A stretch of 44,946 nucleotides of DNA, from NCBI RefSeq assembly GCF_001194135.2, contig NC_068987.1, positions 28,446,853-28,491,798 of the forward strand, given 5' to 3'. The translations under genes and the position numbers were made by a program. The DNA comes from Octopus bimaculoides (lineage: Eukaryota). Under the pieces are notes generated by a model, which saw only the letters and a list, made by a program, of their open reading frames with translations, was not told the DNA's origin and made no database searches. This document shows positions 1 to 13,053 of the stretch, piece by piece. Numbering within the stretch: position 1 is the stretch's first letter; each line of letters begins with the position of its first letter.

Positions 1-298
1 GAGCATGTATGTGTGTGTTGTATTTATTAGGTGTCCTTGTACGTTGGGTTTATCCAGGTGATGTGTATGTGTGTGTATGTGTGTTCCGTGTATGTTGGTA
101 CTGGGTATGCGTTTGTATGTGTGTGTATGTGTGTATGTGGGTATGGTTTGTGTAGTTTCCTGGTGTATATGTGTACATGTGTGTGTGCGCTGTCATTGTG
201 AGTGATTAGTTTTGGTTGTATTGTTAGTACAGTATATGTGTGTATACGTGTGGGTGTGTTTGTGTGAGTGCGTCTATATATATATATATATATATATG
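1..298. repeat. TG-rich low-complexity tract ending in (TA)n
   Basis: Degenerate (TG)n/(TGTA)n followed by a pure TA run; the ORF 27..305 is only its translation. Confidence 0.9.
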
Positions 299-311
299 GG
301 CACAATTTCGG

Positions 312-693
312 TTAGTTGAAATATGCTTGTCAAATATGTTAACTGCTAACTGGTATAGTAAAAAGGCGGGAAAATAACAGTTCACAAATTACCAAGAGTT
401 CGAATTTCAGCAGGTACAACAAACAGTGCAATAACAAAAAAAAAACAAAACATAATGACAGATAAAACTCACAAACAAGCAGCTTTATATACAATTCAGT
501 CAAAGAGTTGACTGATTTGCGCTAGTAGATCTTCCGATCGAGATAAATAACAAAGTAGTGTTTAGGTATGAGCACCATTTAGCTTAGTTGAAATATGTTT
601 GTCACATGTTTCCACTGCTAAAGGCAAATACACTGCAGTTACCGTGGAGAAAAAAATCTCTCCTATGGTAAAAAGGTGTGAAAACACCAGTTC
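312..693 (+). repeat. Diverged direct duplication (copies at ~312-384 and ~584-693)
   Basis: ttagttgaaatatgcttgtca...actgctaa...gtaaaaaggcgggaaaataacagttc versus ttagttgaaatatgtttgtca...actgctaa[~40-nt insert]...gtaaaaaggtgtgaaaacaccagttc; offset 272 bp. Confidence 0.75.
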
Positions 694-1185
694 GTTCAGT
701 GTTGCCATATGTTATATCTATCTATCTATCTATCAATCTATCTATCTATATATATATAGTGTGTGTGTGTAAAGATAAACTGCGTCTAATGATGTCATGT
801 AACAGATATGCACCAGAAGTGTTCAAACATCGACTTGAACTGCGACTAAAATAAAAGTGGTGTTGCAGGAGCCCAGCAATGGATGGCTATAAGTGATTCA
901 TCATCGAGCGAGGAGATATATATATTAGAAAGAACGAATGAACAGACAAAACAAATGGTATCACTCTAGAGCATAGAATTTATAATTGAAACGTAAATGC
1001 AGAGATTAAAAAGTACATCAGGGATTAATAAGTAGATTCTCTTACATAAGCATAGCTTATTAATTCCTTATTAACTCTAAGAAATCTACATATATATTTG
1101 AATGCGTGCTCTAAATTGATACCAGGAGCTTGTTTCTTAGAAACATACAAAGCTCCATCTTTGGAATGTAGATAACGAATACAAT

Positions 1186-1625
1186 GAGAAAAGTCTGGCA
1201 TAGTTTTACTGTTCCGCTTAGAGATTGTATTTGTAAATTTAGAGTCAGTTGTTTGATTCCATTTTTCTGAAAATCTAAGCTTATCCAGACTAACGGTTCG
1301 ACATTTACTTACAAATGCAAGTGCACCAATTATTATTGGTATAAATGTAAATTTCTAATCCGGATATAAAAGCTGGAGGTTTAGAAGCAGTTGTCCATAG
1401 TTATTTTCGTCCTCTTTGATATCCAATGAGATATTCACGTCAGTAGGATAGCTGACCACTTTGAAAGTGCATTCTTTCAGTTGTCTGCCCCGAACAACAA
1501 TGACCGGCCTCTTATATTTACATATGACAGATGTTTAGATGGGATTATTCCACCAGAATCCCTTGTACTGGTACTGGTATTTGCTTATGTACTGAATAAC
1601 AGGGGTATTCTCTATATTTATTCAC
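1186..1625 (-). mobile_element. R4/Dong-like (RLE-type) non-LTR retrotransposon, decayed C-terminal restriction-like endonuclease region
   Basis: Manual minus-strand translation: FWWNNPI*TSVICKYKRPVIVVRGRQLKECTFKVVSYPTDVNISLDIKEDENNYGQLLLNLQLLYPD*KFTFIPIIIGALAFV, then after a frameshift EIKQLTLNLQIQSLSGTVKLCQTFL. This matches the RPD..E.S.P.D..K..Y..P.IIGALG pattern of RLE domains. Contains stops and a frameshift. Confidence 0.75.
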
Positions 1626-1630
1626 GCACA

Positions 1631-1667
1631 TATGTATGTATACATGTGTGTGTATACATATACAGTA

Positions 1668-1736
<69 letters not shown>

Positions 1737-1820
1737 TATAAATATGTACATATAAACATGCATATACATATATATACATGTATGTATGTATATATGTATG
1801 TGTGTGTGCATGTATGTATA
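1631..1820. repeat. (TA)n microsatellite with TATG/TG flanks
   Basis: Pure TA run ~1670-1733 seen directly. Confidence 0.95.
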
Positions 1821-2409
1821 AATCAACATGCAGGTTAAAGTGAACAGATCTGTTAATTATATTAAAATCTGAGAATCTACCCCAGAGTTCCATTTTAGCA
1901 TGGGCTGTTTACGGTTGTGTAGTAGGAAAAATTTCTTGCAGAGAATTGACCTTCGAAGGGTGCATGGGAGTGGGATGATTACCGCCTTTGATAAGTAATT
2001 TAAAGCTATAGAGATTGTAATGGAAAGTTATTGGTAGGTGTGTATATGTATGAATGGTTTGGAGCAATCCTTAACCTCAACTCATATTTGCAATCAATGG
2101 ATTTAATTGAAACTATTAGAGAACGGATAAATTACTGGGAATGAACTTTGTACAGGTTCGAACGACAGGACTTAATTGATATTGTTAGAGAGAGGTGAAA
2201 CTTTTGGGATAGGTAATTATTCCAGTTCAAAGGTTACTTTTCTACAAAAGTAAGGTTAGCTATTGCTATGAATTGAATATGTACGGCCAAATAGTTTCAA
2301 ATAATTTATCTTGTCACATTGATACTTACACACACCTTAATGACGACTTTCTTTAATAATCTCAACATCTTTAAATTAATTTTCAAATTAGTGTACATAT
2401 CAATATAAA

Positions 2410-2570
2410 TGTGTGATCGTATGTGTGCGCACGCTTGTGTGTGCGTGTGTCCGTGTGCGTGTGTATGTGTGCGTGTGTCCGAGTGCGTGTGTCCGTGTGC
2501 GTGTGAATGTGTGTGTGTGTGTGTGCGTGCGTGTGCGTGTGTGTGTGTGTGTGCGTGTGTGCATGCGTGC
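2410..2570. repeat. (TG)n/(TGCG)n compound microsatellite
   Basis: Seen directly; explains ORFs 2306..2600. Confidence 0.9.
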
Positions 2571-5500
2571 ACGTTAGCACAGATACATATATGTGTATAA
2601 AAGGCAGAGCAACGATAATAACCCCTTTGAAGCCAATGTTTAATTCATTCTATTACAATTGTGAGTCTATACCTTAGAGGAATAACTCGTTGACATGTAT
2701 GCACGTATAGAATATTGCCACAGTAGGATTCTAGCACATACCGGACACAATACAAAATACATTTCAGTGAACTAAATCAATTTATGAAATACAGGATGTA
2801 AACAAGGAAATTGAAGTATTAGTGTATTCTAGCGTAATAGATACAATATTCCTATGTAAACTAGTTTACATTCCTTATTAAATATTATGTCAAGCTAGTA
2901 TGGAATATAATTAGAGATCTCTGCTCAAAATATGAGACAAGGGGCAAACTGTAAGTGGAGCACTAGATGTTAGATTTATTAGTTTGCAGAAGAAATAGTT
3001 GAATTCCTACGCTAATGAGGCCTTTTCAAAACGACGTGAATGCGATAGTTAATTGTGATTAGTAAAGTAGGATGTTTAGTCTTAATTATGGGCGAAATGT
3101 GTTTGGGCGAAAACGGCAATCGGAAATGAGGCTGTAAAAGTAGTAAAAAATAGAATTAGATAATGAATGGAAGGGTTAATTATTTAGCAGGAGTTCGTTG
3201 AAGTAACCATATTCGATAGGTGTTTGCTGGCTGTGGTAAAGGGAAAGAAATGCGAGAGAGAAAGAAGAGATTAAGAGAATAAGAGAATTATGATGAATGG
3301 TCTGCAAATGAGAACAAAAATGCTTAAATGATGGTTAAAACTGTTACAGTTTATTGATAGTAATATAAATTGTCAGGTCGACTTATTAAGTGGATTATTT
3401 ATATTGGAGATGTAGTTATCTGAGATTATGTGGTGAAGCAAGCAACTATGTTGTGGAAGATCTATTTCATTATACACAAGCTGTAAAATTCAATTAAATT
3501 TTAAATTTATTTCATGAGTTCTCACAGTTTTTGCTGCACGACCGTGTCTGTGACCGAGTCCCAGTTGTACGCCGAAACTTTTGACACGACATGAAATAAA
3601 CTAAAAGTGAATGTAACAGGTACGTGTGTTTATGTTATTAAATGGCTTTTCCGCAATTTAGCAGCCATATATTTAACATTTTATGTAATTGATTAAATCA
3701 TTAGGGCAGTGCTAAATTTCAAGCCTTCTAATTACATATACGATGTGAATTTATTAGAGAAAATATTCATATCAATGCCAGCCTAATGAGTAAAGGGTCG
3801 ATGGTTCATATTTCATCTCTGACACTGCACACAATCTATGTCCGAAACACACTTCTCGTATGTAAGCTGGTGCTAGCGTACGAAGTGTAGTGAGCCAAGA
3901 ATTATTAATTAATTAAAATCATTAAAATTACACCCTCTTTACATCAAGGGATGCGGTTAGCATTAAGTCTACGTCGCAAGAGGAACTCACCAAGCAAGCA
4001 ACCACTAGAAATAGCAGGAGTATTACGTAATTATTATTGTATATAATTATCTATAATTACCTATAATTATAAAATTATTGCTATCTATAATTATTGCTAC
4101 CTACCCAAAAGATAAAGACCAACGGACTTTGTAAATTTGAAAACTATAACTTATTATTAATGTTAGTTTACGTAGCCTTCTGTATGTAAGTTTGCGTATG
4201 TGCTTGTATGTAAGTATAAATGTGTGTGTATATGTGCGTGTGTACGTATATGTACATCTTTATGCATCTATACACTCACACACATATATATATATATGAG
4301 CTCGTATACATACATACTACATACATACATACTACATGTACATAATACATACATACATATATCTGTCTGTCTGTCTCTCTCCCTCTCTCACTCTCTCTCT
4401 CTCTGTATATATATATATATATATATATGAAAACGTATATGTACGCATATTTATATATATGACGATGATAAAATGCAATGATGTGCAAAATATACATGTG
4501 TGTCGGTAGGTGCATGAGCAGATGTAACTCCACCTAAATAGATGCTGTCGATGAAGGGATGAGGAGGTGGAAAGTACGTAGCAGTGTGGGTTCAAATAAC
4601 CCGGATATTGCCAAGAAACCTCATTGCTATTTGGCATTATTGGCAAGAGTAGTCGAAGGTTAGGAAGGTATTGTCATCTTTAATGTAACCAATAAGAAGC
4701 CTTTTTCCATAGCTCAAGCTGTACGTAAAATATAAAATTTGCGTGAGTGTGGATATAACTGCATACAGATGCATACTTATGCACACGTATATATGTATGC
4801 AAATAAATCTATATCAAATGCTATACGGCATAAATTCTTGATTTATTAGAATTATCTCCGTATTAATAGGGTATATAATAATGACCAAATAACAATTACA
4901 ATCAACTCTACTTGAGAAAGGGAGTTAATCAAAAAATTTAAGAATACTCCAAAATCGACGATGAAATTAGAAAAAATGGATTGAGTAATTGTCTGAAGAA
5001 ACAGCGGGCAGTCGCAGACGTATATTTCTGTCTTAATAACTGTCATCAGCACAAAAACTGTCCGGCATTATCTCTAGTAGCCAATGGGACTAGAGTTATT
5101 CAAAATGAGGAGAGCAAGTTTATGGCATTCGTAATTTGCACACAGAAACTCACCGAAACACACACACATAATACATAAACTTACATACATACATACATAC
5201 ATACATAAATATAGATATATATATAGATATATATATCAAGATATACTTATAGAGATGTACATAATACGTACATATAGATATGTATTATACATATGTATAT
5301 AGATATATATTATACATATGTATATATATATATATATATATATATNNNNNNNNNNNNNNNNNNNNNNNNNNNNNNNNNNNNNNNNNNNNNNNNNNNNNNN
5401 NNNNNNNNNNNNNNNNNNNNNNNNNNNNNNNNNNNNNNNNNNNNNNNNNNNNNNNNNNNNNNNNNNNNNNNNNNNNNNNNNNNNNNNNNNNNNNNNNNNN

Positions 5501-5959
5501 NNNNNNNNNNNNNNNNNNNNNNNNNNNNNNNNNNNNNNNNNNNNNNNNNNNNNNNNNNNNNNNNNNNNNNNNNNNNNNNNNNNNNNNNNNNNNNNNNNNN
5601 NNNNNNNNNNNNNNNNNNNNNNNNNNNNNNNNNNNNNNNNNNNNNNNNNNNNNNNNNNNNNNNNNNNNNNNNNNNNNNNNNNNNNNNNNNNNNNNNNNNN
5701 NNNNNNNNNNNNNNNNNNNNNNNNNNNNNNNNNNNNNNNNNNNNNNNNNNNNNNNNNNNNNNNNNNNNNNNNNNNNNNNNNNNNNNNNNNNNNNNNNNNN
5801 NNNNNNNNNNNNNNNNNNNNNNNNNNNNNNNNNNNNNNNNNNNNNNNNNNNNNNNNNNNNNNNNNNNNNNNNNNNNNNNNNNNNNNNNNNNNNNNNNNNN
5901 NNNNNNNNNNNNNNNNNNNNNNNNNNNNNNNNNNNNNNNNNNNNNNNNNNNNNNNNNNT

Positions 5960-5990
<31 letters not shown>

Positions 5991-6000
5991 CATACATATG

Positions 6001-6640
6001 TGCATGTTGCTAAGTTGGCAATGAAATGCAGGCGGCGGACCGGATGGATTCTAAGATCTTTTAGAACAAGAGATCGGGAAAGCATGATGGTACTCTGGAG
6101 GACACTTGTCCTAAGCCATTTTTGACTATTGCTCCCAGCTATAGTCACCAACCAGTGTCAAATTAATTGCAGAACTTGAGGCAATCCAACGAAGCTACAC
6201 GAAGAAGATACCCTCTATGCAGCATATAAGCTACAGGGAAAGGCTCAAGAGATTAAGACTTGATTCTTTAGAGCGCAGGTGAGAAAGATATGTCATGATA
6301 TACATCTAGAAGATCCTGGAGGTACTTGTCCCAAACTTTGGCATCGAGAGTTACACTAATCACTGAACAGGGCGCCACTGGTTAGTGCTAAGGACTCCAA
6401 ATTTGCCATCTAGATATAGGAGAATATACTGCAACAGTTTGGACATTAAGGGAACACAGGTCTTCAATATCTTTGCGAGGGACCTGAGAGACCTGCACGG
6501 AGTTGATGTTGGTATTTTCAAAACGAAATTGGACCTCTTACTGTCTAGTGTCCCAGATGACCAACTTCACAGCAGAAAGTGCAGAGGGGAGCAGCGACAT
6601 CAAACTCCTTCATGTACCAAATGTCAATTTTTAAAAACAA
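6001..6640 (+). mobile_element. CR1-group LINE ORF2 C-terminal remnant (post-RT region)
   Basis: GWILRSFRTRDRESMMVLWRTLVLSH, then FDYCSQL*SP..ELEAIQRSYTKKI..SYRERLKRLRL.SLERR*ERY..IYI*KIL..LVPN...CNSL..KG.QVFN..RDLRDLHGVDVGIFKTKLDLLLSSVPD. This is the typical CR1/Crack-type tail (LEYC..W.P, LE.VQR, Y.ERL..L.L.SLERRR). Several stops are TGG>TAG or CGA>TGA type. Confidence 0.85.
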
Positions 6641-9600
6641 TTAGTGAATTAAAAATTATGTAGCAACATCAAATGAGCTGAAAATAGATGAAATCAAATC
6701 GTTTGTGTGTGTGTATGTGTTTGCGTGTGTGTATAAGCACACACATGCACAATAGTAAAACCTTGATGGAAACCCTATCTCATTAATCAGGAACTGCCAG
6801 AACGAAGCTGTAATCTTCCTACAAATGGCATCTCGAAATATTTAACATACGTCTGAGAAAATAAAGTACGGTGGCAAAGATTTTAGCGCTGACCTTGACA
6901 TAAACGACGACAGCAACCACAACATGGACGAACATTTAACTCGAAATATGCTTTTAATAATAAGTAGACATCAGAGAACATTTCCTGCAACATTCGTTGC
7001 ACTACAACTTAACACAGAGAGAAACCTTTATAAATAAGTTCCTGCAATATACTTTAATCACGGAACAGCTAGCTTGTCAAATTGTTTTTCTACTCTAATA
7101 GTGTACCGATCTAACGGTCAATATATAGCTTTATTAACATATATAAACTATGTTGTTAATGCATTTTCTAACGTACCGATATAGTAGTCAAAGTATTGTT
7201 TTATTAACATATATTTTGCTTTAAAATGGAATTGATGTAGCAGATAACAACATGGACAAAGCCTTTTCCTGCTATTATCAATATGGATGTATGATAATCA
7301 GACAATTTCTATTCTTTACAATCCAATATATCTCGTCATTATATTTCCATTTGCGACGTTCATAATGTGTTGCTATTCTGAACCAATGAAACATTTGTCA
7401 GTAGAATTGCATAGAGTGAAATATACGGCTATATTAAATCTAGAATATTCTATAATAAACTGACATATTTATAGTTATGTGACTGTGGCAATAGATAACT
7501 ACCAGGTCAGATCATTTTGACCAAGCTTTTGAAGGAGACAAACTTTGTTGATAAAAGAATCATACAAACAAGATGGTTAATGATAGATGCCTCCAAACAG
7601 GTTCAACGTTAGATGTCAAACCAAGGTTCATGCCACTAAACAAATAAACTTTCTAAACATATAAGTGATTGACACAGTTTCACTTACAGAATTAATCCGT
7701 CATAAATAACTAAGAAGTCACTTATCAATTTATCAAATACTGCGTGCAGCCACTAAGTAAGCGAACTGCAACCTGTGTTCGTTAATATTGCTTTGTTGAC
7801 CCCTATCAAGACTAAGAAGTTATTCTGACAAAATTTATTAAAGTACGCTTTAGGCTGTTCACTAAACTATAATGCTGGAGTCTGAACCGATGATTTATTA
7901 GAAATAGCTACCAAATCGATCTCAAAACCACATTCTACTGTCAAACGCAAAAACAGAACATATTAAATACCATACATATCACAAATAAGATGAAATTTTC
8001 AAGTAAGCAATGCCTTTAAGTATTGGTCTACTTCTTCAGCGTCCATTAAAAGTCAAACAACTGTAGGTCTCTCTCATCAAAAGGCTTCCATGTAGACGCT
8101 CGACACGCGAGAAAACGCTGCTAAATTTCTTTGCAATCACACATAGTTACCTTAGAAAAGAGAAGGAAGCGCTGGATAGTGTAGTATTCCCTAGCAGCCC
8201 AAAATAGTCAAAATGTTCTTGGGTTGACTGTCTTTCTTTATAATCTACTCAATACTGCTGATTGAGTCATAATCTGCTGTCAGAGCTGATTGCGACTAAA
8301 CAATAACAGCAACAAAGCTAATTTCTGCAACGATAGAGAGAGGGAAAGACAGGAGAGATTTTTTATGTTGTTCCTTGGTCAGATGTAAATAGAAACCATA
8401 TCAGCTTCGAGTTACATCTTACCCTCTTTAAATATATATAAACAAAACATTTGTGGGACCCAGCCGTTGTCCTAATATCACATTTTTTTTTTTAACATAA
8501 CAATATCAATTTAGCTGTTATTTCTTGTTGACCGAATGATCACATAAATGTTTTCGAAGTTGCCTATATAAATACTTGCTGAAATAATTGATGAAACCTG
8601 GCTACTAAAATCTCCAATATGGCTCCAGCACGGACTGATACCGAAGCATGTCACAGTGACTTGGTGGTCGGGACTTGACATTTGAGTCAAAGCTCGGAGC
8701 AAATACTTAGGTATTTGAGGCGTTGCATGCGCTTTCTAATGTTACCTGGTAGCTATGTGAAGGGCTGAAAGAATAGACATCTTTAACGCAGGAAGAGCGT
8801 TGTAAAATTAGGCAGAGTGAGAGAGAGAGGGGGGAAGAGAGGGAGGATGGTATTCTGTAGTTATATACATATTTATTTTGCTCCTCTGCTTCTTTTTATG
8901 GCAGTTATTATGTTAATAGTTGTAAATTAATTTTGATATTACTTAAAATATTAAAACAATATAATAAATGTATTCTTTTTTAATAAATTTAAATTGTTGC
9001 GTAACGATCCGATTGCTCTTGTTTGTAAAAGGTGAAGTGCCATAAACATGTAACCTTCAGCAAGAAAGACGCTATTAATAGAAGAAAGATATTATGTAAA
9101 ACATATTATGTAAAACATAGAAAGTTTAATGCATATTGCCTGTACAATTTATAACATATAATTGAGATCCCACAGAGTTTCAAGAATGAGAATCTAAATT
9201 GTAAATCCTATTAAAGACAACTGAACATAAATATAAATATGGAAATAAAATTTATATCTTTAGCATATTGAAGATTTAAAGCTAAACAGCTTTTACTTCC
9301 TTCAACATTTATTTAAAGTATTAATGCAAAATCTAATTGTAGTATGTGTTGAATCAAACAACATGAGTTCTGTTGGGTATTGATCTTGCAAACTGCTGGA
9401 TCAATGTATTTCACTACATTCTGAAACATCAATATATTAGATATATGTTTCCTTGCCAACTTCGACAAAATAAAAGCTAAAACGTTTCATTTCATATTCC
9501 AAGTTATTGATAACCATTCTACTTTTAACTATGAAGATATCTTGGTAAATTATTTTTAACAAAATTTTATCCGAAAGATTTCGATAATAAAACTAAAAAT

Positions 9601-9799
9601 CAAGCTATCGTGTTTCTTTTCAAAGCTTCATATGTACAGATTCAGTTTTCAGTGTTTATATTTATATTTTGTTGTAAGTTATTTTATTTCGATTCAAACA
9701 ACCTACTTTGCTTGCCAAATGTTATTTGTCACTTTATAATATTTTCATATAAGTTATTTTTTTTATATATAATTGTTAATATAATTTATATATAAATGT

Positions 9800-9950
9800 A
9801 CCGGAATTGCTGCGTGGTTCTATGATTTGCTAGAGAAACACATGAGTGTGAGTTTGAGCCATCTGTTGGGCATAATCTGTTGTACCCTCGTTGGTCTCGT
9901 TCCCTATGAGTGAGGTTTTGTGGTTAGAAACTGTGTGGAAGCTTATCTAA
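9800..9950 (+). mobile_element. Highly degenerate tRNA-derived SINE head
   Basis: gctgcgtggt...tttgct..aacacatg...gggca..tctgttgta.cctcg..ggtc...ccctatgagtga..tttg...agaaactgtgtggaagc followed by TATG repeats resembles a common cephalopod SINE layout (from recall). Confidence 0.35.
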
Positions 9951-10809
9951 TATGTATGTGCATGTCTATGTATCGTTATAACGGTAAATACATATTTATT
10001 CGATGAAATATATTGCAAAAGGAAATAAGTAATGGTTACATCATGATGGTTAAAACCCGTGAAATATGTGCCCCAGCAACGCCACAATTCAAACACTGAA
10101 ACCAATGAAATAATATATAGAACTTTAGTTGAGCACATACCAAGTTGATTCTTGTTGTTATTGTTGCTGTAACTGAAGTATTCTGCATATCATAAAGCAA
10201 CTTTCTAAATCCTTTATGTTAAGGGGACCATTTCCTTTTATATACCGAAACGAACATTCTATTTCCTTGTTAGAACTACAGCATTCACACATGATAGATT
10301 TCACATGGGTGAATTCAGCAATGAACAATATAATTATATTTGTATTAGTGTTGTGTCTAGGGAAACATGTTATGTTCTTGTGGTCATTTGTTCTAGCACA
10401 ACACCATTAACAGTAAGACATAACCTTAGCTATGGCGCCAGTAACCTAGCAAACAGACATCCTCTCAAGAGGTAAGAACGCCACAATTCAATGAATGTAA
10501 ATGTATACTTGCGCGTGCGTGTTCCTGTATGGGTGTCCGTCTGATAGCGTGTACGTATGCATGTATATTATGTATGTAGGAGTTACTTCTGCTTCTGAAT
10601 GTTTGTTCATCCGAACAAAGTGAAGTTAGTTTTAATATATTGAATGCATTGGTTAACAGAATTAATTTTCCAGAAGTAATAGCATTTTTTTTTCTCACAG
10701 ACACATTTGTTATGGCAAATGGGGGAGATACCTCCGCACATGTTTCAGTTTTATTATGAAGTTTTGGTTAATGAAGATCCAAAAACATTTTTGTTGTTTT
10801 TGTTATCTG

Positions 10810-10912
10810 TTCAGATCCTGCCGAGAACTTTGCATTCTATACTTCGGGGTTGATAAAATACATTCTATGCCAATGTAATTGACTAACGCCTTCTTCAAAA
10901 TTACTAGCCTCA
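10810..10912 (+). mobile_element. Degenerate SINE fragment (B-box plus body)
   Basis: gttcagatcctgccgag (B-box-like), then actttgcattctatacttcggggttgataaaata...caatgtaattgactaa, resembling a recalled octopus SINE body. Confidence 0.45.
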
Positions 10913-11827
10913 TCCCACTCGTCCTTTTCTTACCTTCTCACGTATTTATCGTCAATATTTCTCAACAAACCTTATTTTGTGCTTGCAAGCAAAAAGCTAT
11001 CTTTTAATTTTTTTCTCAGAACTGTATACTAAAAGAGGGAAAAGAAAAGGCATTTAGAATCAATTATATGGTACGCTAACATCTGATCCCCCTTTATTGG
11101 ATTACCAGTGCAAAACTTTAAACGCAATCACATATGCACGCGTTCATGAATAATCAAAGCCAAATCAAGTTCAAAGACATGTGTATATGGTGGTGTGAAC
11201 AAACAGCGATGTGAACAAACAGCCTTATGAACATATAACATCTATGTACTAAGTCTACCGCATATTTCTCTCTAATATCAAAGCAGATATAATCGGATTA
11301 TGTGAGAATAGATAATAATGAACTGACAGAACCCAGGGAAATTCCACGACCTATGAACGATCTCTTATTTGTTTTGATACTAAAACTTATAGATCTTCAT
11401 AATTTAGTTTCATTACGTCCAAGGTTTCGATTCCTCTTCGACATTGTTTCAGAGTTACGTTTGTTTCAATGGAATAACCAAATGCTCGGACAGACGAGTA
11501 AAGTGGTTTTATATATACCAAAAATGCAGCAGAATTACGAGGAAACAGACTATATAGTAAAACTAGCTATGCAGTAATACGCAATATGTTTCGCAACTCT
11601 CAACTCGTCAGGCTAACCAAATAAACAAACATGTTGATTAATGAACATGCTTGATGTCACGCTTAACGTTCCATTCATAGCTGGATAATTTTGAATAATA
11701 CTAGAGCTGTGGAATGCCTAACAACAGCGGATTTCCTTTTATCGGTGCATTCTGTGCTACAATAATGGATTATTGTGTGTATGTGTGAGCTTGTGCATGT
11801 GCGCGTGCACACACACATACATATACA

Positions 11828-11876
<49 letters not shown>

Positions 11877-12364
11877 ACGTAAGTATGTATGTATGTATGT
11901 ATGTAAATATGTATGTATGTATGTATGTATGCATGTATGTATGTATAGAGTGTTTGAAGTGATGTACACTTTACTTTGAAAAATCCTCATGAATACATGA
12001 AACCGCTAAATAAAGAACTATCCAGAATACTGACTGCCTCCTTTTCCTTTATATATATATATANNNNNNNNNNNNNNNNNNNNNNNNNNNNNNNNNNNNN
12101 NNNNNNNNNNNNNNNNNNNNNNNNNNNNNNNNNNNNNNNNNNNNNNNNNNNNNNNNNNNNNNNNNNNNNNNNNNNNNNNNNNNNNNNNNNNNNNNNNNNN
12201 NNNNNNNNNNNNNNNNNNNNNNNNNNNNNNNNNNNNNNNNNNNNNNNNNNNNNNNNNNNNNNNNNNNNNNNNNNNNNNNNNNNNNNNNNNNNNNNNNNNN
12301 NNNNNNNNNNNNNNTATATATATATATATCTTCAGAATTTGTGTTAATGTGCATAGAATAATAT

Positions 12365-12910
12365 ATCAGTTGAATAAAGTTAAAGCATGGTCTTGTTTTC
12401 ACGTTTCTTATTGCTATTACACACCAGTACCTAAATTTCAAATCACGCCACCCAACACACACATAACGCAACATCCCGTACTGTCTAGCCAGTATAATTT
12501 GTACTATAGTACAATACCACAACCACATGACTTATATAATTCAAAGGATTTCTGCTCTATTAGAATTACCCTCTCCTACTTGTAGAAAATAGCATACAAC
12601 GAGCAAACGAGATACCTGTAGAACAATTTAGGACAACATGCAAAAGACGGACCTATCAACGAAGCAAAATACCATTTCTAGTAACATACGATCGGCATCA
12701 CGAAAACAGTTTGAACATCGTCAAAACAAATTTGCCAATTATAAAACAAAGTGAAAAATTAAAAAGATAATGACTAATCAAACACTTATCGTAAGCAATA
12801 GGCAACCCCATGACCTAAAGAAACTATTAACAAAGGTAAAATTGAACATGGACAAACAGGATAAAAGATTCACAGTTTCAAAGTGTAATGATAATGTTGT
12901 TTTCTACGAA
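12365..12910 (+). mobile_element. Penelope-like element fragment (Neptune-like): RT thumb and linker, preceded by a pLTR-like piece
   Basis: HQYLNFKSRHPTHT*RNIPYCLASIICTIV (~12422-12510) and IPFLVTYDRHH..SLNIVKTNLPIIKQSEKLKKIMTNQTLIVSNRQPHDLKKLLTKVKL...FTVSKCND (to ~12895) are typical PLE thumb/linker motifs (YL...S.HP...K..IP; RQP.NLK.LL). 12365-12400 is homologous to 14959-15023. Confidence 0.75.
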
Positions 12911-13053
12911 ACGCATAGTCAGGCGCATATAAAACACACACGTATTCGCAGCTAAACTATATTTGTGTGCATGTGTGTGTGAGTTTGAATATGTGTGTGT
13001 GTGTATGTATGCATGTATGTATGTATGTATGTATGTATGTATGTACATACGTA

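Noticed and set aside
529-540. cttccgatc / gatcggaaga resemblance to the Illumina adapter
   Set aside because: Only about 10 nt match, internal to a contig, with non-adapter flanks; likely chance.
5010-5052. Minus-strand CTGATGA-N14-GAAA-tatac-GTC
   Set aside because: Both core words are intact, but the closing pair of stem II (C/A) is wrong and stem I is only wobble pairs; no credible fold.
8151-8324. Minus-strand segment bounded by an acceptor (tcgttgcAG) and a donor (GTAACT)
   Set aside because: Stops in all three frames and no independent support; such signals are frequent by chance.
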